The notes beneath the pieces were generated by a model. That model saw nothing but the letters and a program-made list of their open reading frames with translations. It was not told where the DNA came from and ran no database searches. A program made the position numbers and the translations under genes. From contig OY760175.1 of assembly GCA_963663165.1 (NCBI GenBank), forward strand, positions 6,624,001 to 6,688,000: a stretch of DNA of 64,000 bases, in the 5' to 3' direction. The stretch's first letter is position 1. Every line of letters starts with the position of its first letter. The DNA comes from an uncultured Desulfospira sp. (lineage in GTDB: Bacteria > Desulfobacterota > Desulfobacteria > Desulfobacterales > Desulfobacteraceae). Below, piece by piece: positions 11,581-21,635 of this stretch.

Positions 11581-12039
11581 ATGAATCTGCCTGACCGCCC
11601 TTCCTGGCATGAATATTTTAAAGGCATTACCGATCTGGTGGCCCAGCGGGCCACATGCACCCGAAGGAAAGTCGGGGCGGTACTGGTCAAGGAAAAGCGG
11701 ATTCTGTGTTCAGGCTACAATGGTGCGCCGGCCGGCATTCCCCATTGCAGTGAAACCGGATGTTTAAGGGAACGGCTCAATGTGCCGTCCGGGGAAAAAC
11801 ATGAACTGTGCCGGGGGGTCCATGCGGAACAGAACGTTATTATCCAGGCTGCCTTTCACGGTATCCCGGTGAACGGCGCTGACCTCTACTGCACCAATCA
11901 GCCCTGTTCCATCTGTGCCAAAATGATCATCAATGCCGGCATTAAGAAGGTCTACTACTGGGACGGCTATGATGATCCCTTAAGTATAGAAATGTTTGAT
12001 CAGGCCGGGGTAGAACTGATCCGGCTGGATAAAAAATAA
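11581..12039 (+). CDS. Deoxycytidylate deaminase (ComEB-like)
   Basis: HAEQN and PCSIC Zn motifs; RPSWHEYF near the N-terminus; start moved to ATG 11581, just after the glyA stop. Confidence 0.92.
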   Translation: MNLPDRPSWHEYFKGITDLVAQRATCTRRKVGAVLVKEKRILCSGYNGAPAGIPHCSETGCLRERLNVPSGEKHELCRGVHAEQNVIIQAAFHGIPVNGADLYCTNQPCSICAKMIINAGIKKVYYWDGYDDPLSIEMFDQAGVELIRLDKK

Positions 12040-12072
12040 CAGCTAACAGCTAATGGCTAGCAGCTAACAGCC
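12038..12072. repeat. Heptamer tandem repeat (CAGCTAA)n
   Basis: ACAGCTAACAGCTAATGGCTAGCAGCTAACAGC; the same unit occurs at 15964, 17025, 22991, 23503 and 36174. Confidence 0.8.
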
Positions 12073-12087
12073 AAGTGAGAACTCATT

Positions 12088-12594
12088 ATGAAATGCCCAT
12101 ACTGTGGAAAGATGAATACCCGGGTGATCGATTCCCGGCCGGGCAAGATTGAGTTTGAGGTTCGCCGCAGAAGAGAGTGTCAGACCTGTACCCAGCGGTT
12201 TACCACCTACGAACGGATTGAACAGACCCCTGTGGTGATCATCAAAAAAGACGGCCGCAGGGAAGAGTACGACCGCGAAAAAGTCCTCAAGGGGATTAAA
12301 AAGGCCTGTGAAAAGCGGGCCATTTCCATTGAATTGATCGAAAAAATGGTGGACCGCCTTGAAAAAGAGTTACGGGAAGGCAGCGAACGGGAACTTGCGT
12401 CCACCATTGTCGGGGAAAAGATCATCCAGGCCTTAAAAGATGTGGATGATGTGGCCTATGTCCGGTTTGCCTCGGTTTACCGGGAGTTTAAGGACGTGGC
12501 GGATTTTATTCAGGAATTGAAAAGCCTGATCCCCAAAGAGTGTCAGCCCATCGAATTTGACCAGATAACCGGCAAGGCCGATGACGGATCATGA
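12088..12594 (+). CDS. nrdR: Transcriptional repressor NrdR
   Basis: MKCPYC...VIDSR...RRRREC..C..RFTTYE, an ATP-cone region and VAYVRFASVY. Confidence 0.97.
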   Translation: MKCPYCGKMNTRVIDSRPGKIEFEVRRRRECQTCTQRFTTYERIEQTPVVIIKKDGRREEYDREKVLKGIKKACEKRAISIELIEKMVDRLEKELREGSERELASTIVGEKIIQALKDVDDVAYVRFASVYREFKDVADFIQELKSLIPKECQPIEFDQITGKADDGS

Positions 12595-13678
12595 ATACAT
12601 GTCCCAGGCCCTTTCCCTGGGGTTAAAAGGGAAGGGATTCACGTCTCCCAACCCCTGCGTCGGGGCCGTGGTGGTAAAAGACGGCCGTGTCGTGGGCCAA
12701 GGATGGCATCATGCCGCAGGACAGCCCCATGCCGAGGTTGAGGCCATTGAAGACGCCAGAGGCCATACAAAAAACGCCACCATCTATGTGACCCTGGAGC
12801 CGTGCAATCATTTTGGACGGACCCCGCCCTGCACAAAAAAAATCATTGAAAGCGGTATCACCCGGGTGGTGGTGGGATGCAAAGATCCCAATCCCAATGT
12901 CTGCGGTGGCGGCATAAAGACCTTGGAAGATCACGGTATAAAGGTCACCCATGGGGTTTTGGAAGAGGATGCCCGAACCCTGATAGAAGATTTTATCTGG
13001 TATACCTTGAACAAACGCCCCTTTGTCACTTTGAAGTGTGCGGCCACCCTTGACGGCCGGATTGCCACGTCTACCGGCGATTCCAAATGGATCACCGGTG
13101 AGGCGTCCAGAGGCCTGGGCCATCGCTTAAGGCATGAATCAGACGCTATTTTAATTGGTTCAGGCACCCTTGAGGCCGATAATCCGTCGCTTACTGCCCG
13201 GATTCCCGGACAGAAGACAAAAGATCCCATCCGAATCATTCTGGATTCGAATTTAAGGATATCCCCGGATGCTAAGGTGATCCAGCAGGAATCCTCAAGC
13301 CTTACCATTGTGGCCTGCGGCCCCGGAGCGTCACTTAAGAAAAAAAAGGTTCTTGAGAACGCCGGGGCACAGATCCTGGAATTTGGGATGACCGATACCG
13401 GGCTTGATTTAACGCAACTTGTGATTAAGTTAGGTCAGATGTCTGTCATGAGCCTGTTGATTGAAGGGGGCGGGAAAGTGGCTTCTTCGGCCTTGAAAGC
13501 CGGAATTGTCAACAAGGTCTGCTATTTTATGGCCCCTAAAATCTTGGGGGGCAGCGACGGGGTTCCGGTTTTCGGAGGAAAGGGACCTGAAAAAATCAGC
13601 CAGGTGTTTACCTTTAAACGGATGACCGTGGACCGGGTTGAAGAAGATATCCTGGTGCAAGGGTATTTAAAGGAATAG
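12581..13678 (+). CDS. ribD: Riboflavin biosynthesis deaminase/reductase RibD
   Basis: PNPCVG, HAE, TLEPCNHFGRTPPC, SKWITG and LIEGGG motifs. Confidence 0.97.
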   Translation: MTDHEYMSQALSLGLKGKGFTSPNPCVGAVVVKDGRVVGQGWHHAAGQPHAEVEAIEDARGHTKNATIYVTLEPCNHFGRTPPCTKKIIESGITRVVVGCKDPNPNVCGGGIKTLEDHGIKVTHGVLEEDARTLIEDFIWYTLNKRPFVTLKCAATLDGRIATSTGDSKWITGEASRGLGHRLRHESDAILIGSGTLEADNPSLTARIPGQKTKDPIRIILDSNLRISPDAKVIQQESSSLTIVACGPGASLKKKKVLENAGAQILEFGMTDTGLDLTQLVIKLGQMSVMSLLIEGGGKVASSALKAGIVNKVCYFMAPKILGGSDGVPVFGGKGPEKISQVFTFKRMTVDRVEEDILVQGYLKE

Positions 13679-13684
13679 GGAACG

Positions 13685-14347
13685 GTGTTTACCGGTATCA
13701 TAGAAAGCCTTGGAACCATTGAACGGATTCAGTCCCAGGGGGAAGGAAAAATCCTTCATATCTCATCGGACCTGGATCTGACCGAAAGCCGAATCGGGGA
13801 TTCCATTGCCGTGAACGGGGCCTGCCTGACTGCTGTCAGCCTGGGGAAAAAGGGCTTTTCCGTGGATGTGGCACCGGAAACCATTGACCGGACCAGCTTA
13901 AAGTCTGCCGGGCCCGGCACCCGGGTCAACATCGAGCGGGCATTAAAACTGTCATCCAGAATAGACGGCCATCTGGTGTCCGGCCATATTGACGGAACCG
14001 GAACCATTGCCGGCATATCCCGACGGAGCAATGCCGTTATCGTTGATATTCAGGTGGACCCGGTCCTTTCCCGGGACATGATCGAAAAGGGGTCGGTGGC
14101 GGTAGACGGGATCAGCCTGACCATCAACCAATGCCGGGACAATGGATTTGAAGTCAGCATTATTCCCCACACGGCTGCCGTGACCACCATCGGATTTAAA
14201 AAGCCCGGGGACCAGGTCAATATTGAGACGGACATGCTTGGCAAATATGTCCGCAAGATCCTGGGACGGCATCTGACAGACAATAAAGCGGAAAGCCCTG
14301 AACAGGGGATCTCTCTGGGCATGCTGGCCCAGAACGGATTTTTGTAA
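13685..14347 (+). CDS. ribE: Riboflavin synthase (alpha chain)
   Basis: MFTGIIE N-terminus; GDSIAVNGACLT and GHLVSGHID motifs. Confidence 0.97.
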   Translation: MFTGIIESLGTIERIQSQGEGKILHISSDLDLTESRIGDSIAVNGACLTAVSLGKKGFSVDVAPETIDRTSLKSAGPGTRVNIERALKLSSRIDGHLVSGHIDGTGTIAGISRRSNAVIVDIQVDPVLSRDMIEKGSVAVDGISLTINQCRDNGFEVSIIPHTAAVTTIGFKKPGDQVNIETDMLGKYVRKILGRHLTDNKAESPEQGISLGMLAQNGFL

Positions 14348-14428
14348 CTTGGACATGGGATATGAGACTTGGGATTTGAGAAAAGAAGTTGAAGTAAACC
14401 CCAAGTCCCAGGTCCCAAGCCCCATGTC
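14348..14428. repeat. Inverted pair of heptamer repeats (GGGACTT-like / CCCAAGT-like)
   Basis: TTGGACATGGGATATGAGACTTGGGATTTGAG ... CCCAAGTCCCAGGTCCCAAGCCCCATGTC. Confidence 0.7.
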
Positions 14429-14448
14429 TTTAAATAAAGGATAATACA

Positions 14449-15654
14449 ATGCCTCACATCACCATAGAACAGGCAATTGAAGATATTAAGAACGGGAAAA
14501 TGGTCATCCTTGTGGATGATGAAGACCGTGAAAACGAAGGGGATCTGACCATGGCCGCAGAGGCTGTCACCCCGGAGGCCATTAATTTCATGGCCAAATA
14601 CGGCAGGGGCCTGGTCTGCCTTTCTTTAGATTCCAGTATTGCAGACCGGCTGGACCTGCCCATGATGGTGGATCACAACACCTCTCAGTTCGAGACAGGG
14701 TTTACCGTATCCATTGAAGCCAAAAAGGGCGTGACCACCGGGATTTCAGCTGCGGACCGGGCCACCACCATCCTGACCGCCGTGGCAGACGACACCACCC
14801 CGGCGGACATCGCCAGACCGGGCCATATTTTTCCCTTAAGGGCCAGGGACGGCGGGGTCATGGTCCGGGTGGGCCAGACGGAAGGGTCTGTAGACCTTTC
14901 CCGGCTGGCGGGGTTGAAACCGGCCGGCGTGATCTGTGAGATCATGGATGAAGACGGTACCATGGCCAGAATGCCTTCCCTGGAATCATTTTCCGAAAAA
15001 CACGGCATTGGCATCTGCACCGTGGCCGATTTGGTAAAATACCGCCTTAAGACCGAGATTTTTGTCAGACGGGCTGCCCAGACTGTTATCCCCACAAGGG
15101 TAGGGGGCGAGTTTACCATTATTGCCTATGAAAACGATATTGACAACCTGACCCACATCGCCTTGGTCAAGGGGGACGTGGACCCTGAAAAGCCCACCCT
15201 GGTTCGGGTCCATTCCGAATGCATGACCGGTGACATTTTTACATCCTTAAGATGTGACTGCCAGGAACAATTGTACCAGGCCATGGCCATGATCAAAAAA
15301 GAGGGGGCCGGGGTTATTTTGTACCTGCGCCAGGAAGGGCGCGGCATAGGCCTTGTGAACAAACTTCGGGCCTATGAATATCAGCGCCAGGGGCTGGATA
15401 CCGTGGAGGCCAACGAGATTCTCGGGTTCAAGGCAGATATGAGAGATTATGGGGTCGGGGCTCAGATCCTGGTGGATTTGGGGGTTCGCAAGATCCGGTT
15501 GATGACCAACAACCCCAAAAAGATGGTGGGCCTTGATGGATACGGATTAAGCCTGGTAGAGCAGGTTCCCATTGAGGTTGAACCCAATCCCCATAATAAG
15601 GGGTACTTGAAATGTAAGCAGGCCAAGATGGGGCATCTGCTCCACATGCAATAA
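14449..15654 (+). CDS. ribBA: Bifunctional DHBP synthase / GTP cyclohydrolase II
   Basis: [30 protein letters not shown] and QEGRGIGL motifs. Confidence 0.98.
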   Translation: MPHITIEQAIEDIKNGKMVILVDDEDRENEGDLTMAAEAVTPEAINFMAKYGRGLVCLSLDSSIADRLDLPMMVDHNTSQFETGFTVSIEAKKGVTTGISAADRATTILTAVADDTTPADIARPGHIFPLRARDGGVMVRVGQTEGSVDLSRLAGLKPAGVICEIMDEDGTMARMPSLESFSEKHGIGICTVADLVKYRLKTEIFVRRAAQTVIPTRVGGEFTIIAYENDIDNLTHIALVKGDVDPEKPTLVRVHSECMTGDIFTSLRCDCQEQLYQAMAMIKKEGAGVILYLRQEGRGIGLVNKLRAYEYQRQGLDTVEANEILGFKADMRDYGVGAQILVDLGVRKIRLMTNNPKKMVGLDGYGLSLVEQVPIEVEPNPHNKGYLKCKQAKMGHLLHMQ

Positions 15655-15657
15655 TAA

Positions 15658-15906
15658 GTGTTTGAACGAAATCTTACCCATCTGCTGCGTTGCTTAACAA
15701 TTTTGAATCCTCACGTACTTTATGTACGCTCCGGTTCAAAATTGCTTGCGCCTTGCATATGGGCAAGCCTTCGTCCAAACACGGTGAATGAAAATTCACC
15801 CACCTGCGGCGTTGCTGGATAGTTTTAAGATCCTCACGTACAACAGTACGCTCCGGTCTTAAAATTCTTTGCGCCTTGCATCTGGGCAAATTTTCATCCA
15901 AACACC
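15658..15906 (+). repeat. Family-B palindromic element, tandem copies 2 (15658-15782) and 3 (15783-15906)
   Basis: Each has imperfect terminal inverted repeats (GTGTTTGAACGAA / TTCGTCCAAACAC) and a CCTCACGTAC-N5/6-GTACGCTCCGGT core. Confidence 0.92.
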
Positions 15907-15963
15907 GGGCCTTGAGAAATTGGGCATAGTACTGAATTTTAAATGGGTTTATGGTTAAAAATT

Positions 15964-16058
15964 CAGCTGATAGCTTATTGAAGACAGCTAACAGCTAAAA
16001 GCTAACGGCTAACAGCTAAATGCTAACAGCTAACAGCTAACGGCTAACAGCTAACCGC
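15964..16058. repeat. Heptamer tandem array (CAGCTAA)n, about 10 units
   Basis: ACAGCTAACAGCTAAAAGCTAACGGCTAACAGCTAAATGCTAACAGCTAACAGCTAACGGCTAACAGCTAAC. Confidence 0.9.
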
Positions 16059-16078
16059 TTTCAAAACGAGGAAAAAAA

Positions 16079-16555
16079 ATGCCGCAGATTATTGAAGCCG
16101 GACTTCAGGCACAGGGGAAGAAATTCGGGATCATCGTGTCCCGGTTTAATGATTTTATCACCTCCAAACTGGTGGAAGGGGCCGTGGATGCCCTGATCAG
16201 GAGCGGGGGAGACGACAAGGACATTGATCTGGTAAAAGTGCCCGGCGCTTTTGAGATCCCGTTAATGGCCCAGAAAATGGCCGGTTTGAAAAAATATGAC
16301 GCCCTGATCTGTTTGGGGGCTGTGATCCGGGGGGCCACATCCCATTACGATTACGTCTGTGCCGAAGTGTCAAAGGGGATTGCGGCGGTAAGCCTTGAGG
16401 CCGGGATCCCGGTTATGTTCGGCATTCTGACCACGGATACCATTGAGCAGGCCATTGAACGGGCCGGCACCAAAGCCGGGAACAAAGGATTTGAAGTGGC
16501 ACTGGGTGCGGTTGAAATGGCCAACTTGAGTGCTGCCATAAAAAAGGCCAAATAG
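16079..16555 (+). CDS. ribH: 6,7-dimethyl-8-ribityllumazine synthase
   Basis: [23 protein letters not shown] and [14 protein letters not shown] motifs. Confidence 0.98.
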   Translation: MPQIIEAGLQAQGKKFGIIVSRFNDFITSKLVEGAVDALIRSGGDDKDIDLVKVPGAFEIPLMAQKMAGLKKYDALICLGAVIRGATSHYDYVCAEVSKGIAAVSLEAGIPVMFGILTTDTIEQAIERAGTKAGNKGFEVALGAVEMANLSAAIKKAK

Positions 16556-16558
16556 TTT

Positions 16559-16990
16559 ATGGGTAGTCGCAGAAAGTCCCGGGAGCTGGCCCTCCAGGCA
16601 TTATTTTTCCTGGATGTCAGCCGGGGGGAGGCGGATAAGAATCTTCAGGCCTTTTGTGATGAACGGACTGAAGAACTGACCGATGAGGTAACGCCCTTTT
16701 TCCTGGACCTGGTTCATGGGGTTTTGGCGGGGATGGATGAAATAGACAGCCTGCTCAATCAGTATTCCAAAAACTGGAAGCTGTCCCGGATGTCCGTGGT
16801 GGACCGTAATATCATGCGCATGGCCGTATTTGAAATCCTGAAACGGGAGGATATTCCGGCCACGGTTTCCATCAATGAAGCCGTTGAAATCGGAAAAATA
16901 TACGGGACCCGGGAATCCGGCCCCTTTATCAACGGCATCCTGGACCGGATCAGAATAGAGCGTGAACAAGCGTCACCTCCTGAAGGATAG
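16559..16990 (+). CDS. nusB: Transcription antitermination factor NusB
   Basis: RRKSRELALQALF, VSINEAVEIGK and FINGILD motifs. Confidence 0.97.
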   Translation: MGSRRKSRELALQALFFLDVSRGEADKNLQAFCDERTEELTDEVTPFFLDLVHGVLAGMDEIDSLLNQYSKNWKLSRMSVVDRNIMRMAVFEILKREDIPATVSINEAVEIGKIYGTRESGPFINGILDRIRIEREQASPPEG

Positions 16991-17093
16991 ACCCTAGGAC
17001 TTCGGTTACAACCAACGGGAAGACCAGCAGCCAACAACTGACAGCGAAAAGCCAACAGCTAATTGCTAAAAGCTAAAAAACGGGAGAATTGTT

Positions 17094-17714
17094 TTGATCA
17101 TAAAAAAACTTGAAGTCGGGCCGATCATGGCAAATTGCTATATCCTGGGATGCGAACAAACCAAACAAGCCGCCGTTATAGATCCCGGAGACGATGCAGA
17201 CCGGATTCTCATGGAACTTGCCAAATCGGAACTGAAAGTCACATATCTGATCAATACCCATGGCCATTTTGACCATGTAGGGGCCAATAAGCGGATGAAA
17301 GAGGCCACCGGCGCCACCCTGGCCATTCACCCCGGGGACGAACCCATGCTGGGAAAGCTTTCCAAATCAGCTGCCATGTTCGGCTTAGCGGCAGAGAACT
17401 CCCCCGGGCCCGACATGCTGCTCAATGATGGGGATGAGGTGTCATTTGGCGAGATCACCCTCAAAGTCATCCATACCCCGGGCCATTCAGAGGGCGGCAT
17501 CTGTCTGTATATCCCGGGCTGTGTGTTTGCAGGAGATACCCTGTTTTACGGCTCTATCGGCCGGACAGACCTTCCCGGAGGGGATTATGACCTGCTGATT
17601 TCCAGCATCAAAACCAAGCTTTTCAGTCTTCCTGACGATACGGTCGTTTACCCCGGCCATGGCCCTGCAACCCAGATCGGAAAAGAAAAAATAATCAACC
17701 CGTTTCTTTCATGA
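17094..17714 (+). CDS. MBL-fold metallo-hydrolase (glyoxalase II-like)
   Basis: THGHFDHVG, HTPGHS, GDTLF and PGHG motifs; TTG start with a GGAG RBS. Confidence 0.92.
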   Translation: MIIKKLEVGPIMANCYILGCEQTKQAAVIDPGDDADRILMELAKSELKVTYLINTHGHFDHVGANKRMKEATGATLAIHPGDEPMLGKLSKSAAMFGLAAENSPGPDMLLNDGDEVSFGEITLKVIHTPGHSEGGICLYIPGCVFAGDTLFYGSIGRTDLPGGDYDLLISSIKTKLFSLPDDTVVYPGHGPATQIGKEKIINPFLS

Positions 17715-19957
17715 GCCACATCATCCAGTCCCTGCCGGTGATCAAAGAAATCCAGCAGGAACATATCGGGCTTGATTTATCCTTTGAACAGGCCGCTTCT
17801 GTGTTTGCCAATGACCCCGGCACTGTGGTTCTGCTGTCCGGCTCAGCCCTGGATTGTTCCCGATACCATATCCTGGGCGCTGATCCCTGGCTTGAGCTGA
17901 GGGGCAGGGGGGATGCCTTTTTTCTTTGCCTCCAGGGACAGACCTACCGGGTGGACAAGGATATCTTTGCCTTTTTAAATGACCTCTTAGGCCACTTTAA
18001 ATGTGTTTCCTCCGCAAGTTCTGACCTGCCCATTGACGCCGGGCTTTTAGGTTATTTTGCCTATGACTTAAAAGACCGGCTTGAAGAGTTGCCCAAGACA
18101 TGCCGGGATACCGGGCTGCCGGATCTGGTCTTATATGCCCCGTCGTTTATCCTGGTCCAGGACCGGTTGACGGCCAAAACGGTTTTGTCCATTCCGGTTT
18201 TGAGTACGGCTGATTCAAAACCCCCCATCCGCCAGGTCAGAGAAAAGGTGTTGGACAGGCTTGCCGGGTATCAGCCCGGCAAAACAGCCCCATCTTTTTG
18301 TGTGGGCCGTGACGGGCTGACGTCAAGCTATACCAAACCTGAGTATGTAGCGGCCGTAAACCGGATTATTCAATATTTAAAAGAAGGGGATATTTACCAG
18401 GCCAACCTTTCCCAGCGGTTTGAAACCCGGTTTAGAGGGGATGCCTATGCCCTTTTTTTAGAGTTGTATAAACAAAATCCCGCCCCCTTTTTTTCCTTTA
18501 TCCATGCCGGTGACCATGACATTGTCTCCACCTCGCCGGAACGGTTTATCAAGGTTTCAGGGACCCATATTGAAACCCGGCCCATCAAGGGGACCATCAG
18601 CCGGGGAAAGACAACGGCGCAGGACGAGCAGAACAGCCGGCTCCTGACATCAAGCCTGAAGGATGATGCTGAGCTGACCATGATTGTGGATCTCATGCGA
18701 AACGACATCTCACGGGTGGCCCGGCATGAATCCGTAAAGGTGGTGGAACATAAACGGCTGGAACCCTACGACAATGTGTTTCATCTGGTCTCTGTGGTGG
18801 AGGGGGAGCTGTTGCCCGGCAAAACCTGTGTGGACCTGCTCAAAGCGGTTTTCCCCGGCGGTTCCATCACCGGGTGCCCCAAAATCCGGTCCATGGAAAT
18901 CATTGATGAACTCGAATCGGTGCGCCGGCATGTGTATACCGGGTCCATCGGATATGTCAGCTTTCATGGCACCATGGACCTTTCCATTGCCATCCGGACG
19001 GCCACCATCAAGGGGGACACCCTTTGTTTTTCCGTGGGCGGCGGGATTGTCTATGATTCAGATCCCCTGCAGGAGTTTCAGGAAACCCTGGACAAGGGCC
19101 GGACCTTTCTGGATGTCCTTTCCCGGGCCGGAACGGAAAACGGCCGCCCCCGGGCCAGGGCCTGGGTGGACGGCAAAATAATAGATCAGGAAAAGGCCGT
19201 GATTCCGGCAGGAATTTCAGGGTTCCAGTACGGGGCCGGCCTGTTTGAAACCATCCGGGTGGAAAAAGGGCAGCCTGCCTTTTTGCATGAGCATGTCAGG
19301 CGCATGGAAACCGGCTGGCAGGCCCTGTTTAAATCCGATCCCCCGGATATTTCCTGGTCCTGGGTGGTGGACCTGCTGATCCGGGAAAATGGTTTTGAAA
19401 CGGTAACTGCGGCGGTTAAACTGATCATCTGTTTAACAGAGGATCATGATGGCCCCCGGCCATTTTGTGCCGCCTTTGCCCGGGAATATAAAAAACGGCC
19501 GGCCCTTGCGTTTAAACCGGGGCTGGACCTGGTTACCTATCCCCATCCGCGGCAGACCCCCCTGGCCGCTTACAAGACCTTAAATTACCTTTACTATGAC
19601 CAGGCCGGACGGTTTGCCCTGGATAACGACGCTGATGAGGCCCTGATCCTCAACCCGGACCATACCGTGTCCGAGACCAATACATGCAGCATACTGATCC
19701 GGGAAAATCAAAAGATCGTTGTTCCCGTTTCCGACCATGCCCTGGACGGGGTGACCCGGAAAGTTTTGGTCAACGGGTTGAAGAATGCCGGATATGAGGT
19801 GATTTCACGGCCTATCCCCTTATCTGAGTTTGTTTCCTGTTCTGATATCATCCTGACCAATGCCCTGATGGGGGCGGTTCCTGTCTGCCATGTGGACGGC
19901 CGCCAAATTGACTGTGATCTTGAGTTTTGCCATGAGCTCAATCGCCTTCTGGAATAA
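17711..19957 (+). CDS. pabB: Aminodeoxychorismate synthase component I fused to a class IV aminotransferase / ADC lyase domain
   Basis: Chorismate-binding motifs (SPERF, TRPIKGT, MIVDLMRND, FPGGSITGCPK), then a PabC-like domain (YGAGLFETIR, KTLNY, DEALILN, LDGVTR). Confidence 0.88.
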   Translation: MSHIIQSLPVIKEIQQEHIGLDLSFEQAASVFANDPGTVVLLSGSALDCSRYHILGADPWLELRGRGDAFFLCLQGQTYRVDKDIFAFLNDLLGHFKCVSSASSDLPIDAGLLGYFAYDLKDRLEELPKTCRDTGLPDLVLYAPSFILVQDRLTAKTVLSIPVLSTADSKPPIRQVREKVLDRLAGYQPGKTAPSFCVGRDGLTSSYTKPEYVAAVNRIIQYLKEGDIYQANLSQRFETRFRGDAYALFLELYKQNPAPFFSFIHAGDHDIVSTSPERFIKVSGTHIETRPIKGTISRGKTTAQDEQNSRLLTSSLKDDAELTMIVDLMRNDISRVARHESVKVVEHKRLEPYDNVFHLVSVVEGELLPGKTCVDLLKAVFPGGSITGCPKIRSMEIIDELESVRRHVYTGSIGYVSFHGTMDLSIAIRTATIKGDTLCFSVGGGIVYDSDPLQEFQETLDKGRTFLDVLSRAGTENGRPRARAWVDGKIIDQEKAVIPAGISGFQYGAGLFETIRVEKGQPAFLHEHVRRMETGWQALFKSDPPDISWSWVVDLLIRENGFETVTAAVKLIICLTEDHDGPRPFCAAFAREYKKRPALAFKPGLDLVTYPHPRQTPLAAYKTLNYLYYDQAGRFALDNDADEALILNPDHTVSETNTCSILIRENQKIVVPVSDHALDGVTRKVLVNGLKNAGYEVISRPIPLSEFVSCSDIILTNALMGAVPVCHVDGRQIDCDLEFCHELNRLLE

Positions 19958-19991
19958 GCGCCTGAAATGCCCTGCCGGCTATTTCAGGTGC
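19958..19991 (+). terminator. Hairpin after the pabB fusion (possible terminator or processing stem)
   Basis: GCGCCTGAAAT ... ATTTCAGGTGC inverted repeat directly after the stop; no U-tract. Confidence 0.4.
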
Positions 19992-20187
19992 TGCAGGGAA
20001 ACGGCTTTAAAGCCTGAAGAACTGAAAACAGCACCAGCCATCCTCTAAACTTAATTATTTGGTAATGGTCTAAAGGGAGGATTCCTGTATATGGCACTTG
20101 AATTTCAGACCGATTCCATATAATCTGGCATGCAAAACCGGACACTGATTTTGCCTTAAATTGTAATTTTCATAGAGAGTAAAGCAG

Positions 20188-20895
20188 ATGAAAAAAGTAT
20201 GGATAGCCTTGGTGGTTTTTTTCGGGCTGATATCTTTTCTGCCGATGTGCTGGGCCGGGCCAAAGGCAGTCTTTGTTGAGCCCGTGTTTGAGTTTGATCC
20301 CCTGATTGAAGGGCAGAGCGTCACCCATCAGTTTGTTGTTAAAAACCAGGGGGACACGCCCCTGAATATCATCAAGGTGTCACCGCCTTGAGGGTGTGAC
20401 AGCCGTTCTTATGACAAGCAGATTCCCCCGGGCGGGGAAGGAAAAATTGAAATCGGATTTAAAACCGGCGGATACGGCGGAAGAGCCCTGAAGAAAAGAA
20501 TTCAGGTTCTTACCAATGATCCGGACCAGACCAAGGTGGTGTTGACCATTACCGGCCAGGTTGACAGTGTGGCCGAAGTAAAACCGAGAACTACGGTCCG
20601 CATGAGCGGCGCCCCCGGGGATACGCTCGAATCCGTAGTCACCATTACCCCGGCTGAAAAATATAATTTTTCAATCACCGGGATTACCCAGAGGCAGAAT
20701 CAGAACATCACCGCCGAACTGATCAAACCCGGTGAAAATGACCGGACCTGGAAGGTAAAATTTAAAAGTACGTCACAGACGGCCCAGGACCTTTTTGATG
20801 TATTTACCTTGAAAACCGACAGCTCGTACAAGCCCAAAATTGTCATCAGAGCCTATGTGAGTTTTCGGGATAAAAACAAACCTGAAAAATCCTGA
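20188..20895 (+). CDS. Secreted DUF1573-like Ig-fold protein, probable selenoprotein (in-frame TGA at 20389-20391; U-G-C motif), 235 aa
   Basis: ORFs 20188-20391 and 20536-20895 share a frame. Read-through gives ...KNQGDTPLNIIKVSPP-U-GCDSRSYDKQIPPGGEGKIEIGFKTGGYGGRALKKRIQVLTNDPDQTKVVLTITGQV..., a continuous DUF1573-type pattern whose motif is normally C-G-C. N-terminal signal peptide present. Confidence 0.78.
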
Positions 20896-20930
20896 TCACC
20901 AAAAATTCAGATAGAAAGGGACGGGTTCAG

Positions 20931-21572
20931 ATGAACCGGATGAAAAATGCCTCAGGGATCAAGGCCGTAATTTTTGACTGTGACGGGGTGATGTTTGATA
21001 CGGCCCAGGCCAACCGGAAATTTTACGATGAGGTGTTGGAAAATTTTGGAAAACCCCCCATGGATCAGGACCAGTTTGAAAAGGCCCACATGATGACGGT
21101 GGCCGATGCCATTGCCATGCTGTTCCCTGAGATGGAAGACAGGGTTCCGGTGTTTAAATGTATGAAGGGCATTGGTTATTTTAAATTTATTCCGTACATG
21201 AAAATGGAGGACGGACTGATCCCCCTGCTGGAGACCATAAAATCCAGGGGCTGGATCAGGGGCATTGCCACCAACCGGACCAATACCATGGATACGGTTT
21301 TATCTGACTGGCATTTAGAGCCTCATTTTGATGTGGTGGTCACGGCAAGGGATGTAAAAAACCCCAAGCCGGCCCCGGACCAGCTGCTCAAGATCATGGA
21401 GCAATACGCCTTTGGTCCTGAAGAGATGGTGTTTTTAGGGGACACGGTGTATGACCAGATGGCAGCCAACGCCGCCGGGGTGGGATTTATTGCCTTTCGA
21501 AGCCCGACACTTACGGCCGATGCCCATGTGGATACCATGGACCAGGTAAGACAAGTTTTGCAGTTAAAGTAA
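20931..21572 (+). CDS. HAD-superfamily hydrolase (phosphoglycolate phosphatase-like)
   Basis: IFDCDGV, ATN, KPAP and GDTVYD HAD motifs I-IV. Confidence 0.9.
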   Translation: MNRMKNASGIKAVIFDCDGVMFDTAQANRKFYDEVLENFGKPPMDQDQFEKAHMMTVADAIAMLFPEMEDRVPVFKCMKGIGYFKFIPYMKMEDGLIPLLETIKSRGWIRGIATNRTNTMDTVLSDWHLEPHFDVVVTARDVKNPKPAPDQLLKIMEQYAFGPEEMVFLGDTVYDQMAANAAGVGFIAFRSPTLTADAHVDTMDQVRQVLQLK

Positions 21573-21635
21573 TAAAAATCTTGACAAATTTTTTAATCAT
21601 CATTAAATCTTACGAGATTTTGAATGTGATTATTG

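Noticed and set aside
15674..15901. 75-aa ORF with an internal repeat
   Set aside because: It is the antisense translation of two family-B elements; the same applies to ORFs 2871-3098 and 33382-33648 and the N-terminal extension of the KH protein.
20188..20391. Stand-alone 67-aa protein plus a separate 119-aa protein, or a nonsense pseudogene
   Set aside because: The domain pattern continues seamlessly across the TGA at a conserved Cys position and the second ORF has no evident RBS. Sec read-through is preferred, though not proven.
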